From: Ktedonobacterales bacterium
Lineage (GTDB): Bacteria; Chloroflexota; Ktedonobacteria; Ktedonobacterales; JADMIN01
Direction: 5' to 3'
Length of the DNA: 32,000 nucleotides
NCBI GenBank assembly: GCA_030167145.1
Contig: CP126532.1
Span: forward strand, 4,770,001 to 4,802,000
How positions within the stretch are numbered: the stretch's first letter is position 1; each line of letters begins with the position of its first letter. The notes under the pieces are model-generated. The model saw nothing but the letters and a program-made list of their open reading frames with translations, was not told the origin of the DNA and did no database searches. Below are positions 15,145 to 24,504 of this stretch, piece after piece. Made by a program: the position numbers and the translations under genes.

Positions 15145-16482
15145 ATGCATACCGTGGTGATGCCCAAGCTGGGCGACACGATGGAAGAGGGCAAGATCCT
15201 CACATGGCTCAAAAAAGAGGGCGATACGGTCCAGAAAGGCGACGCGCTGGCGGAGATTGAAACCGAGAAGGTGAATATCGAAGTCGAGGCGTTCTCGGCA
15301 GGCATTCTGCGCAAGATTCTCGCACCCGCTGGCACGACCATACCAGTTGGCGACCCCATCGCGCTGACCGGCACAGCGGATGAGCCGCTGCCGGCCACGG
15401 CGACCGCTCAAGCCTCCGCGACTGCCGCGCAGACAACGCCTGCGGCTGGTGCGGGCAATCCTGCTACACTGACGGAGCAATCTGGACAGGCCAACGTAGC
15501 TCCGGAGCAGGTGCTGCCCGCTGTGGCCCAGCCACAACCCGTGGCTGCGCAGGTGATGGCGGGCACGAATGGCTATGTGGCCTCCGCGCCGACACAGACG
15601 AATGCCCATGGCGCGCGGATCTTCATCAGCCCGATTGCCCGGCGCATCGCCGCTGAGCACGACCTGGACATCAGCGCCATCGCAGGCACCGGCCCAGGCG
15701 GACGCATCCAGCGCGAAGATGTCGAGGCCGCACTGGTGCGGCAGCAGCAGGTACCCGCACAACCCGTTGCGCCTGTTGCGGCGGGGCAGGCGGTTGAGGC
15801 GGTGCCGCTGAGCGCAATGCGCAAGACTATCGCTAAGCGTTTGCAGCAGAGCATGCAGACCGCGCCGCACTTCTACGTGACGATGGCGATTGACACCACC
15901 AAGCTTGGCGGCTTCCGCGAGACGATCAACGAGTACGCCGCGATGCAACCGCAGCCGATAAAGGTCAGTGTGAACGATCTGATCGTGAAAGCAGCGGCGA
16001 CGGCGCTGGAGCATATGCCAGCGGTCAACGTGTCATTCGATGGCGAGCGGCTGCTCTACAAGCGGCAGATCAACATCGGCGTGGCCGTTGCGCTCGACCA
16101 GGGCTTGATCGTCCCTGTGATCCGCGACGCCAACAAGCGTGGCGTGCTCGACATCGCCCGCGAAACGCGCAGGCTGGCGGATGCCGCGCGCACAGGCAAG
16201 CTGAAGCCGGAAGAGTTTCAGGGCGGTACCTTCTCGGTGAGCAACCTGGGCATGTTTGGTGTGGACGAGTTCACGGCGATCATCAATCCACCGGAGTCGT
16301 GCATCCTGGCGGTCGGCGCGATTGTGCCGACGCCGGTGGTCCACGAGGGACAGGTGGTAGTGCGCGACATCATGAAAGTGACGCTCTCGGTGGATCACCG
16401 TGCGCTGGATGGCGCGACCGCCGCGCGATTCCTCCAAGAGCTTCAGCGCTTGCTGGAGCAGCCAGTGGGGATGTTGCTGTAG
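15145..16482 (+). CDS. pdhC: Dihydrolipoamide acyltransferase (E2) with lipoyl, E1/E3-binding and catalytic domains
   Basis: Lipoyl motif EIETEKVNIEVEA, Ala/Pro-rich linkers, the PSBD segment ISPIARRIAAEHDLDISAIAGTGPGGRI, and the catalytic DHRALDG. Confidence 0.9.
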   Translation: MHTVVMPKLGDTMEEGKILTWLKKEGDTVQKGDALAEIETEKVNIEVEAFSAGILRKILAPAGTTIPVGDPIALTGTADEPLPATATAQASATAAQTTPAAGAGNPATLTEQSGQANVAPEQVLPAVAQPQPVAAQVMAGTNGYVASAPTQTNAHGARIFISPIARRIAAEHDLDISAIAGTGPGGRIQREDVEAALVRQQQVPAQPVAPVAAGQAVEAVPLSAMRKTIAKRLQQSMQTAPHFYVTMAIDTTKLGGFRETINEYAAMQPQPIKVSVNDLIVKAAATALEHMPAVNVSFDGERLLYKRQINIGVAVALDQGLIVPVIRDANKRGVLDIARETRRLADAARTGKLKPEEFQGGTFSVSNLGMFGVDEFTAIINPPESCILAVGAIVPTPVVHEGQVVVRDIMKVTLSVDHRALDGATAARFLQELQRLLEQPVGMLL

Positions 16483-16505
16483 GCGGAAGTACCTGGTAGC
16501 GATTA

Positions 16506-16553
16506 ATGACGATAGCTCACGCCGATTCGGCGCGGGCTATCGTCATATTTTGA
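16506..16553 (+). terminator. Intrinsic terminator after the dehydrogenase operon
   Basis: ATGACGATAGC...GCTATCGTCAT is an 11-bp stem enclosing an inner CGCCG-ATT-CGGCG hairpin, followed by ATTTTGA. Confidence 0.55.
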
Positions 16554-16730
16554 GATTAGCCATCGCGGTTGACCTGCGTTACTATCCTACCTGTTGCCGC
16601 CCAAAAAGCCTATGGCGGTTATCCATCCGGCGTGCTACGATTTTCTCGCAGGTCTGTTGTCGGCCATTCTGGCAGGGACATGTCGGGTCGTATGTAGTGC
16701 GTTCGCTGAAAAGCGGAGGATGGTGACGCA

Positions 16731-19700
16731 GTGGCCGACTTTGCTCATTTGCATGTGCATTCCGAATACAGCCTGCTCGATGGGCAGTCGCGCATCAAGA
16801 AGCTCATCGAAGCCACGAAGGCTGGCGGAATGGATGCGCTGGCGCTGACCGACCACGGCGGTATGTATGGCTCCATCGAGTTCTATAAGGCATGCATCGC
16901 GGCAGGCATCAAGCCAATCATTGGCGTCGAAGGATACAGTGTACCATCGCTTGAAGAGAAGACCGGGCGCTATGAATACAACCATCTGTTGCTGCTCGCC
17001 AAGAACCAGACTGGCTATCGCAATCTGCTGAAACTCACCAGCATCGCCCATACGCGCGGCTACCACTACCGCCCGCGTGTGGATAAGAAGCTGCTTGCCG
17101 AGCATGCGGAAGGATTGATTGTCACCTCTGGATGCCTCTCCGGCGAGATTCCTGAATTGCTGCTCAAAGGCGACCTCAACGGCGCACGCGCCGCTGTGCG
17201 TTGGTATCAGGATGCCTTTGGCCCTGAAAATTTCTACATCGAAGTGCAGGATCATGATGCCCCGGAGTCGCCGCAGAACAAGCTCAATCCGATGCTCTAC
17301 GACCTGCACCGCGAGACGGGCGCACCGCTGCTGGCTACCAATGATCTGCATTATGTCTCGGCCAAAGACGCTGAAGCGCAGGACATCTTACTCTGCGTGC
17401 AGACCGGCAAATCACTCGACGATCCCAAGCGCATGAAGTTCGATAGCTCGCAGTACTATCTGAAGACCCCGGAAGAGATGGCGCGTCTCTTCCCAGAGAT
17501 GCCAGAGGCGCTGAAAAACACGGTGCGCGTGGCTGAGGCATGCGAGGTAGAGATCGAGTTCGGCGCCAATCTGCTGCCGATCTATACCATCCCGTCGGGC
17601 TTCGATTCACCAGACGAGTATCTTTACCATCTGTGTCTCGAAGGGGTGAAAGAGCGTTTTGGCGCGATGAGCGAGGCTGTCCAGCAGAAGCTGGACTACG
17701 AGTTTGAGGTCATTCGCTCCAAGGGCTTCGTTTCGTACTTCCTGATCGTGTGGGACTACACGAATTACGCGCGCAGTCACGGCATGCGCTGCGTCGCGCG
17801 GGGGTCCGCCGCTGGCAGCCTCGTTGCCTATGTGCTAGGCATCACCAACGTAGACCCGCTGCGCTACGAACTGCTCTTCGAGCGGTTCCTCAATCCCGAA
17901 CGCATGAGCATGCCTGATATTGATATGGACTTCCCCGACGACCGGCGCGAAGAAGTGATTCGCTATGTGGCGGATAAGTATGGATGGGAAAAGGTCGGGC
18001 AAATCGTCACCTTCAATACGATGGCCGCCAGAGCCGCCGTGCGTGATGTGGGCCGCGTGATGGGCATGCAGAACGAAGCCGACCGGGTCGCCCGGCTGAT
18101 TCCCGCTGGCCCGAAGGTGACGATCTCCAGTTCATTGGATGGCGTCAGAGATCTGAAGCAACTCTACGATTCCAGCGTGCCGATTCGTAAGCTCATTGAT
18201 ATGGCGCGTGACCTGGAAGGCACGGTACGCGGAACGGGCATTCATGCCGCTGGCGTCATCGTCTCGCGCGATCCGCTTGATACGGTGGTGCCGTTGCAAC
18301 TGCGAGACTACAAAGATCCGAATCCCTGGCTCGTCTCGCAGTATGAGCAGGCACACCTGGAAGAACTTGGCCTGCTGAAGTTCGACTTCCTGGGTCTCTC
18401 GAACCTGACCATTCTGATGAACTGCCAGAGGTTCCTCAAGGAGACGCGCGACATAGAAATTGATCTGGATCGGCTCCCCCCTGACGATGCCAAGACCTAT
18501 GAACTGCTCGGCCAGGGCGAGACGACCGGCGTTTTCCAGCTCGAATCCGGCGCGATGCGGAGCTACATTAAGGAGCTTAAACCCACCTGCATCGAAGACG
18601 TGACGGCGATGGTTGCGCTCTACCGTCCCGGTCCGATGGACTCGATCCCGCAGTTCATCAAGTCCAAGCATGGCGAAGTTGAAATCAAGTATCTGCACCC
18701 AGCGCTTGAGCCACTTTTGCGCGAATCTTATGGCGTCATCGTGTATCAGGATCAGGTGTTGCTGATTGCGGTCCAGCTTGCGGGGTTCACCTGGGGCGAG
18801 GTGGATAAGTTCCGCAAGGCGATGTCGAAGAAGCTCGCCGAAGAGATGGCGAAGTATCGCGACAAGTTCATCAAGGGCTGCGCCGCCAACGGCATTGACG
18901 CCAAAATCGCTGATGAAATCTTCTCATTCATAGAACCGTTTGCTGGCTATGGGTTTAACAAGGCGCATGCGTGTGCCTATGCCTGGGTTGCCTATCAGAC
19001 GGCGTATCTGAAGGCGAACTATACAGCGGAGTTCATGGCGGCGACGCTCACCACCGAAGCTGGCGATGCCAAGAAAGTGGTCGCGGCGGTGGAAGAGTGC
19101 CGCAGAATGGGCGTTCCAATATTGCCACCTGACATCAATAAGAGCGAGTCGGGGTTCACCGTCGAGCGTGTGACAACCGAAGAGGGCGCAGCATGCGGGG
19201 GCGTGCGTTTCGGTCTGCTCGCAATCAAGAATGTCGGTTCTCGGCCCATTGATGAGTTATTGGAGGCGCGTCGCTCCGATGGTCCATTTACCTCCTTGGC
19301 GGATATTTTTGCACGTACCGATAGCAAGAATCTCACCCGTGGCGCCGTCGAGTGCCTGATCAAAGCTGGCGCGCTGGATAGCATGGGCAAGCGTAGCCAG
19401 TTGCTGCAAAACCTTGACCGCGCGATGAATCTTGGCCAGCAGCGCCGCAAGATGCGAGAGATTGGGCAAAACAGTCTGTTTGGTGGCATGACGGACGCTG
19501 GGGAGGACGACTTCACACTTCCCGATGCGCCAGAGTATCCACGGCAACAATTGCTCGATTGGGAAAAAGAACTGCTCAATCTCTATCTCTCTGCCCATCC
19601 ACTGGCGCATGTCGCGAACCTGCTCAAGCGCCGCGTCACCACCTACACCGCCTTGCTCAACGAAGAGTGGGCGGGCCAGCGGGTGACGCTCGGTGGGCGC

Positions 19701-20210
19701 GTTACCAGCGTGCGGCGCACCATGACGAAGCGCGGCGAGGCAATGGCTTTCGTGCAGCTCGAAGACATGCAGGGCGCTCTCGAAGTCGTCGTGTTTCCCA
19801 AGACGTTTGCTACCACCGCCGACCACTGGCACGAAGAGGCGGTGCTGCTGGTGACCGGTACAGTCCAGTTGCGCGACACCGATGCAAAACTCATCTGCGA
19901 TGAAGTTGAGGAGTTCGTGGCGAGCGAAGAGGATCTGAATCGCCGTGAATATCTGCTGCGCATCCGTATGGCGCGCGGTGCGAGTGATACGCTTGAGATC
20001 GCCCGTGTGGATCAGTTGCTTACGGCGCTCAGCCGCTATCCTGGTGATGATCGCTATGAACTAATTGTACGCAATGGTCGCTGGGAGGCCCGGCTGGCAC
20101 CCAAATCTGGTGAACAAGGGGTGAAGTTCTGCCCTGAGCTGATGCAACGGCTCGAAGAGATTCTGGGAGCGAATACGGTTGAGCCGTTGCTTGTCTCTAC
20201 TCAGGAATAA
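16731..20210 (+). CDS. dnaE: DNA polymerase III alpha subunit
   Basis: 1159 aa. The PHP domain FAHLHVHSEYSLLDG is followed by polymerase core motifs and a C-terminal OB fold. GTG start with GGAGGA 10 nt upstream. Confidence 0.95.
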   Translation: MADFAHLHVHSEYSLLDGQSRIKKLIEATKAGGMDALALTDHGGMYGSIEFYKACIAAGIKPIIGVEGYSVPSLEEKTGRYEYNHLLLLAKNQTGYRNLLKLTSIAHTRGYHYRPRVDKKLLAEHAEGLIVTSGCLSGEIPELLLKGDLNGARAAVRWYQDAFGPENFYIEVQDHDAPESPQNKLNPMLYDLHRETGAPLLATNDLHYVSAKDAEAQDILLCVQTGKSLDDPKRMKFDSSQYYLKTPEEMARLFPEMPEALKNTVRVAEACEVEIEFGANLLPIYTIPSGFDSPDEYLYHLCLEGVKERFGAMSEAVQQKLDYEFEVIRSKGFVSYFLIVWDYTNYARSHGMRCVARGSAAGSLVAYVLGITNVDPLRYELLFERFLNPERMSMPDIDMDFPDDRREEVIRYVADKYGWEKVGQIVTFNTMAARAAVRDVGRVMGMQNEADRVARLIPAGPKVTISSSLDGVRDLKQLYDSSVPIRKLIDMARDLEGTVRGTGIHAAGVIVSRDPLDTVVPLQLRDYKDPNPWLVSQYEQAHLEELGLLKFDFLGLSNLTILMNCQRFLKETRDIEIDLDRLPPDDAKTYELLGQGETTGVFQLESGAMRSYIKELKPTCIEDVTAMVALYRPGPMDSIPQFIKSKHGEVEIKYLHPALEPLLRESYGVIVYQDQVLLIAVQLAGFTWGEVDKFRKAMSKKLAEEMAKYRDKFIKGCAANGIDAKIADEIFSFIEPFAGYGFNKAHACAYAWVAYQTAYLKANYTAEFMAATLTTEAGDAKKVVAAVEECRRMGVPILPPDINKSESGFTVERVTTEEGAACGGVRFGLLAIKNVGSRPIDELLEARRSDGPFTSLADIFARTDSKNLTRGAVECLIKAGALDSMGKRSQLLQNLDRAMNLGQQRRKMREIGQNSLFGGMTDAGEDDFTLPDAPEYPRQQLLDWEKELLNLYLSAHPLAHVANLLKRRVTTYTALLNEEWAGQRVTLGGRVTSVRRTMTKRGEAMAFVQLEDMQGALEVVVFPKTFATTADHWHEEAVLLVTGTVQLRDTDAKLICDEVEEFVASEEDLNRREYLLRIRMARGASDTLEIARVDQLLTALSRYPGDDRYELIVRNGRWEARLAPKSGEQGVKFCPELMQRLEEILGANTVEPLLVSTQE

Positions 20211-20284
20211 GCAATCCATGCCGCTCAACCCAACTCATGTAGTAGTCGTATAGACTAGGAAATAGTGCCTGGCGGCAAGAGTTC

Positions 20285-20293
20285 TGCTATACT
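20285..20293 (+). promoter_or_regulatory. Candidate extended -10 element (TGCTATACT) upstream of the zinc-ribbon/PrsW gene
   Basis: TGcTATACT lies ~90 nt upstream of ATG 20384. There is no good -35 box. A GGGCCT...AGGCCC hairpin lies in the predicted leader. Confidence 0.3.
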
Positions 20294-20383
20294 CCATGCA
20301 CACTACGCCGCTGAAACGGGCCTCCACATGGGTAGGCCCACGGAACGGCACGATGACAGCGTTGGTAGCGAGAGGGCTAGGGC

Positions 20384-21991
20384 ATGGCGGATCGAATATT
20401 TTGTCGTAACTGCGGTAGCCCGGTGGAGGGCAGTGGCACACAATGCCGTGTCTGTGGCGCTGTGCTTTCCTCTAGCGGCGGCCCTACGCCTGCCGCTCCG
20501 CTGCCCGAAGCGCAGCCGCAACCTACCTCTGGGAATCCAGGGCAACCTGCCGCTCCAGGTATCTACCCGTATCCCTATGCCTATCCCCCGTATTATGGCG
20601 TGTATCCCTACGGACAATCACCAGCAGCGCCGCCCAACACACAGGGAGCAGGTGCGGTACCGGCTCCTGGGTATCCCGCGTATCCTCAAGGCGCGCCTCT
20701 GGGAGGTGGTTCCTACACGCCGTATTACTATGGTTATCCCTATGCCTACCCCTGGGCTTATACCATCCCAGTCAAGCCGCGACCAGCGCCGGGCGAAACC
20801 TATGCCAAGGTGGTGTCTGGCATTGTCATTGGCGCAGGAGTACTCTCAATCCTCTGCGCGTTGTTGGTAATCGGCCTCTCGGCGTTGATTGCCGCCGCTG
20901 GACAATTCGATAACCTGCCGGTGCAAGATTTGCTGCTCGTACCTGCCCTTACTGGCACTATCGGCGGTGGGATGGCAATCTACTATGGTATTCGCGGCAT
21001 CATGCGCCGCCCTTCACCGCGCTTTCGCCTTCCACATCCACTGCTGTTCGTCGGGCTGACGGCGGTGGTGCTCGTCGGTGAGATTGTGCTGTGGCATCTA
21101 GAATTGGGCAGTGGACCGGGACCATCTATTACCGACGTGCCATTAGTGTTGCTTTCTGGCGTGCTCCCTGCGCTGGCGATTCTCTCCTTCACAAGCTGGC
21201 GCCTGCGCATGCCCGCCACACGCCGACATGTCGTGATGTCCTTGCTCTATGGCCTTACGCTGGGGCCGCTGCTGGCGCTCATTCTAGAGATCATCGTCAG
21301 TATCATTCTGCGCTTGCTCCCCAGCGGAGCCTCATCGTTGAGCGCGAGCGATCCAGTCAACGTGATCCGGCTGCTGCTAGAGATTTCAGTTGCGGCGCCC
21401 ATTATCGAAGAAGGCGTGAAGCCGCTAGGCGCATTGCTCATCATGCCGCGCCTGCGCACTCCGGTCAGCGCGTTTCTCGTGGGACTTGCCGGTGGCATCG
21501 GCTTCGATATGTTCGAGACGACGTTCACCTACATCGGCAGCGGTCAGGCCGACTGGATTCAGGTCGCCCTTGTCCGCGTCGGCGCGGGTCTGCTTCATGG
21601 TCTGGGCGCTGGTATGGTAGCGCTGGGCTGGTACTATTTCATCAACGGCAAAGGTGTCAGCCGCCGCTGGCTGAAGGGCATCGGGTGCATGGCTTACGCT
21701 GTGGCGCAGCACGGGATCTTCAACGCGAGTTCCGTGCTGGTGGATGGCCTGCCAGAACCACTCCATGGCTGGCTAAATCAGGTATTCTATGTGGGCAAGC
21801 TGCCGATTGCGGTTATCGAACTCCCTTTCTTTGGACTTGATCTGTTGATTCTGGTGATGCTGATCTTTATTACCGGGCGGCTAATGCGCCCCTGGAATGG
21901 CGCATCAGGCCCGCCTGTGCCTGCCGCGATTCCTGCCGCGAATTCACCCACTACTGCCGAACCCGCCCCACTTGGAGGTACCGTTCGATGA
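20384..21991 (+). CDS. Zinc-ribbon / Tyr-Pro-rich linker / PrsW-family intramembrane protease fusion protein
   Basis: N-terminal CRNCGSPVEGSGTQCRVCG, then a ~110-aa Y/P/G/A low-complexity segment and about 8 TM helices. The helices carry PrsW-type motifs IIEEGVKPLG (EExxK) and AVAQHGIFNAS (HxxxN). Confidence 0.75.
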   Translation: MADRIFCRNCGSPVEGSGTQCRVCGAVLSSSGGPTPAAPLPEAQPQPTSGNPGQPAAPGIYPYPYAYPPYYGVYPYGQSPAAPPNTQGAGAVPAPGYPAYPQGAPLGGGSYTPYYYGYPYAYPWAYTIPVKPRPAPGETYAKVVSGIVIGAGVLSILCALLVIGLSALIAAAGQFDNLPVQDLLLVPALTGTIGGGMAIYYGIRGIMRRPSPRFRLPHPLLFVGLTAVVLVGEIVLWHLELGSGPGPSITDVPLVLLSGVLPALAILSFTSWRLRMPATRRHVVMSLLYGLTLGPLLALILEIIVSIILRLLPSGASSLSASDPVNVIRLLLEISVAAPIIEEGVKPLGALLIMPRLRTPVSAFLVGLAGGIGFDMFETTFTYIGSGQADWIQVALVRVGAGLLHGLGAGMVALGWYYFINGKGVSRRWLKGIGCMAYAVAQHGIFNASSVLVDGLPEPLHGWLNQVFYVGKLPIAVIELPFFGLDLLILVMLIFITGRLMRPWNGASGPPVPAAIPAANSPTTAEPAPLGGTVR

Positions 21992-22782
21992 TTTCCATGC
22001 CTCCATCCGTTGAGAGGACGACGCCGGTCCGTCCGATTCCAGCCGAAGAGATCCCACTCGCGAAGAATTCGCGCGGATTCTTCCCCAGCCGTTTCGCCAC
22101 AATCTTTGGCGTCGTGACCATCGCGGCAACCGTGATAGCGCTCATCCTCGCCGCAGGCGGCCCGCTATTGGTGAATCATGTCAGCAGCGATGTGCCCGCA
22201 GGCTGGACGTCGGTTTACGACGCGACGCCCAACGATCCCGCGAGCTGGCGAGCGCAGGAGGGTTGCAATATCACGGCCCAGGGACTCGACGCTCGCGGCG
22301 ACCAGAACCAGGACGGCTGTGGGTTTGTCCCCAGTCAGGAGAACGATCTGCTCAGCCAAGGTTTCATCTTGAAAGCGACACTCGCTCCCGATGGGTCATT
22401 AAAGGGCTATCAGGCGCCGTTCATCGCGATCAAGGGCGGTTCTGATGAGGTGTACGTGGTTTTTGAGCAATCGGGGGCATATACCGTTTGTATCAATGAT
22501 TGCCTGCGTAACACTCTGAACTTTACCAGCGCGTGGCATACCGACGGTTTCACGACGAATAGCATCGCGGTCGAATATCGTCCGGGCAGTGACGCACAAG
22601 GCTCGCGGATCGTGGTATATGCGAATGGGCAGCAAATCGAGGCCGTCGCGGCTGACATTAGCGGCAATCCAACCCTGGTCTTTGGCGCGCTACGCGAAGT
22701 TGACGGCATCTATGGTGAAGCGTTGTTTACACACTTGACGCTCTATTCGGCAAGCGGCAGCTCAAGCTCAAGCGGCAGCTAA
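21988..22782 (+). CDS. Hypothetical single-pass membrane-anchored protein with a beta-rich extracytoplasmic domain and a Ser-rich tail
   Basis: Its ATG overlaps the upstream stop (ATGA at 21988-21991). One N-terminal TM helix (FGVVTIAATVIALILAAGGPLLV). The ectodomain has alternating beta-like patterns (IAVEYRPGSDAQGSRIVVYANGQQIEAV). No family recognised with confidence. Confidence 0.7.
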   Translation: MISMPPSVERTTPVRPIPAEEIPLAKNSRGFFPSRFATIFGVVTIAATVIALILAAGGPLLVNHVSSDVPAGWTSVYDATPNDPASWRAQEGCNITAQGLDARGDQNQDGCGFVPSQENDLLSQGFILKATLAPDGSLKGYQAPFIAIKGGSDEVYVVFEQSGAYTVCINDCLRNTLNFTSAWHTDGFTTNSIAVEYRPGSDAQGSRIVVYANGQQIEAVAADISGNPTLVFGALREVDGIYGEALFTHLTLYSASGSSSSSGS

Positions 22783-22809
22783 GGGCGCGCACTGCAACGA
22801 CATTCTGCC

Positions 22810-24480
22810 TCAGCCCAGGGGTGCGACGAAGCTCTCGAAGGCTTCTGCGCCCCGCTCTTTTTCGGAGTTCCGCCGCCAGAGGAGCAGCGCGGGGAGGGTG
22901 CCAAGCAACGCGATTGCGGCCGCCGCCGCGAAGATGTCGGTCAGCACGGCGTGCAGGGCTACGTCGGGCGCGATATGCGCCGCAAGCGCCTGCTGGAAGC
23001 GTGTGATGCCCCAGGCCGTCAGTCCGGCTAGGCCAAGGATCATGCCGGTCATCCGCAACACTGTCACTACCGAGGAGGCGACGCCAGCCTGGGTATGCGG
23101 GCTGCCATTGAGTGCGCTGGTGCTGATTGGCGCGATGACCAGCCCGAAGCCAAGCCCCGCCGTGGTGGTGGCAACCGTAATCGCTCCCTGGTCTACAGTG
23201 GCTGGCCAGAGATGCATCAGCCAGAGGCCAAGCGCCGTCAGCAACACGCCAAGCGCAGCAGGCAGTGGACACCCAAACCGGCTGGACAGCCAGCCGCCAA
23301 GCAGCGCGCCCACTGGAATTAGCGCCGTCAAGCGCAGCAGCGCCAGCCCAGAAGTGAGCGCGTCCTTATTCTGTAATGCGCCCATGAAAATCGGGATCTC
23401 GACTAGCGCCACGATCAGCGCTGCACCGATGAGCAAGCTGAGCAGCGCGGAGGACGAAAGCGCGCGACTTCGGAACAGGCGCGGGTCTACGACTGGCCAG
23501 CGCAGTTTCAGTTCCAGCATGACGAACAGCGAGAACAAGACGAGCGCCGCGCCGAGTAGCGCTGGATTGACGCGCACCTCGGCACTCGCACTCAATGTTC
23601 CTACCTGCCCACTCTGCTGGCCTAACCCTATGGTCAAGCAGGTGAGCGATGCGCCGAAGAGCACCGCGCCCGCGAAGTCAATTGGTTCGCGCCGCCCACG
23701 CTGGCGCGGCAGCGAGAAGAACGCCGCCAGCAGCAGCACTGCGGCAATCGGGACGTTCAGATAGAAGATCCATACCCAGCCCCAGGCGTTGGTGATCGCG
23801 GCGCCCCAAAGCGGGCCAAGCACGCCACCAGCCTCCGTGACCGCGCCGATCAGGCCGAGCGCCAACCCCCGCCTGCTGCCCCCGAAGAGGTCGCTGGTGA
23901 CCGCCATACCGACAGGGACAAGTGCGCCGCCGCCCACTGCCTGCAAGAACCGCGCGGCAACCAGCACATCGAGGCCCGGCGAGGTGGTGTCAATGCCGAG
24001 GCGGCTCAGCGGGCCGAGCAGCGCCTGAACGACATTGTAGAACGGTGTCAAAATCGCGCCAGAGAGTGTGGTGTAATCTGGCGCGACTTGCGCGCCAAGC
24101 TGGGGCGCGGCTGCGCAGACCAGTGAGCCAGCCGCGAAGAGGACCAGGCAGAAGGCGAAGATGCGCCAGCGGCCAAAGACATCGGCGATACGCCCCATGA
24201 GCGGCATCGCGATGATGTAGCCAAGCAGATAGCCACTGACAATCCAGGCGGCGCGGTCGGGCTGGGTGATGGGCACACCCACATCGCCGACCATGTTCGT
24301 CAGCGCGGTGACCACCACCGTCTGATCTAGTGCGGTCAGGAAGACGGCCACACAAACGACTGCAAGCGCCATGCACCCCAGACGGGTAAGCTGGCCATCC
24401 GTGTTGCGTAGTGGGCGCTGGCGGCGCGTTACGAATGGAGTGTCGAATGTAGGGTCGGCTTGCTCGCTCGTCTGTGTCAT
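22810..24480 (-). CDS. MFS transporter, 14-TM drug:H+ antiporter (DHA2/P55-like)
   Basis: 556 aa. Motifs LDQTVVVTAL and MGRIADVFGRWRIF (MFS motif A region). About 14 hydrophobic segments. Confidence 0.9.
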   Translation of the reverse strand: MTQTSEQADPTFDTPFVTRRQRPLRNTDGQLTRLGCMALAVVCVAVFLTALDQTVVVTALTNMVGDVGVPITQPDRAAWIVSGYLLGYIIAMPLMGRIADVFGRWRIFAFCLVLFAAGSLVCAAAPQLGAQVAPDYTTLSGAILTPFYNVVQALLGPLSRLGIDTTSPGLDVLVAARFLQAVGGGALVPVGMAVTSDLFGGSRRGLALGLIGAVTEAGGVLGPLWGAAITNAWGWVWIFYLNVPIAAVLLLAAFFSLPRQRGRREPIDFAGAVLFGASLTCLTIGLGQQSGQVGTLSASAEVRVNPALLGAALVLFSLFVMLELKLRWPVVDPRLFRSRALSSSALLSLLIGAALIVALVEIPIFMGALQNKDALTSGLALLRLTALIPVGALLGGWLSSRFGCPLPAALGVLLTALGLWLMHLWPATVDQGAITVATTTAGLGFGLVIAPISTSALNGSPHTQAGVASSVVTVLRMTGMILGLAGLTAWGITRFQQALAAHIAPDVALHAVLTDIFAAAAAIALLGTLPALLLWRRNSEKERGAEAFESFVAPLG

Positions 24481-24504
24481 CGCCGCCTCATTTCCTGAGT
24501 CGTG

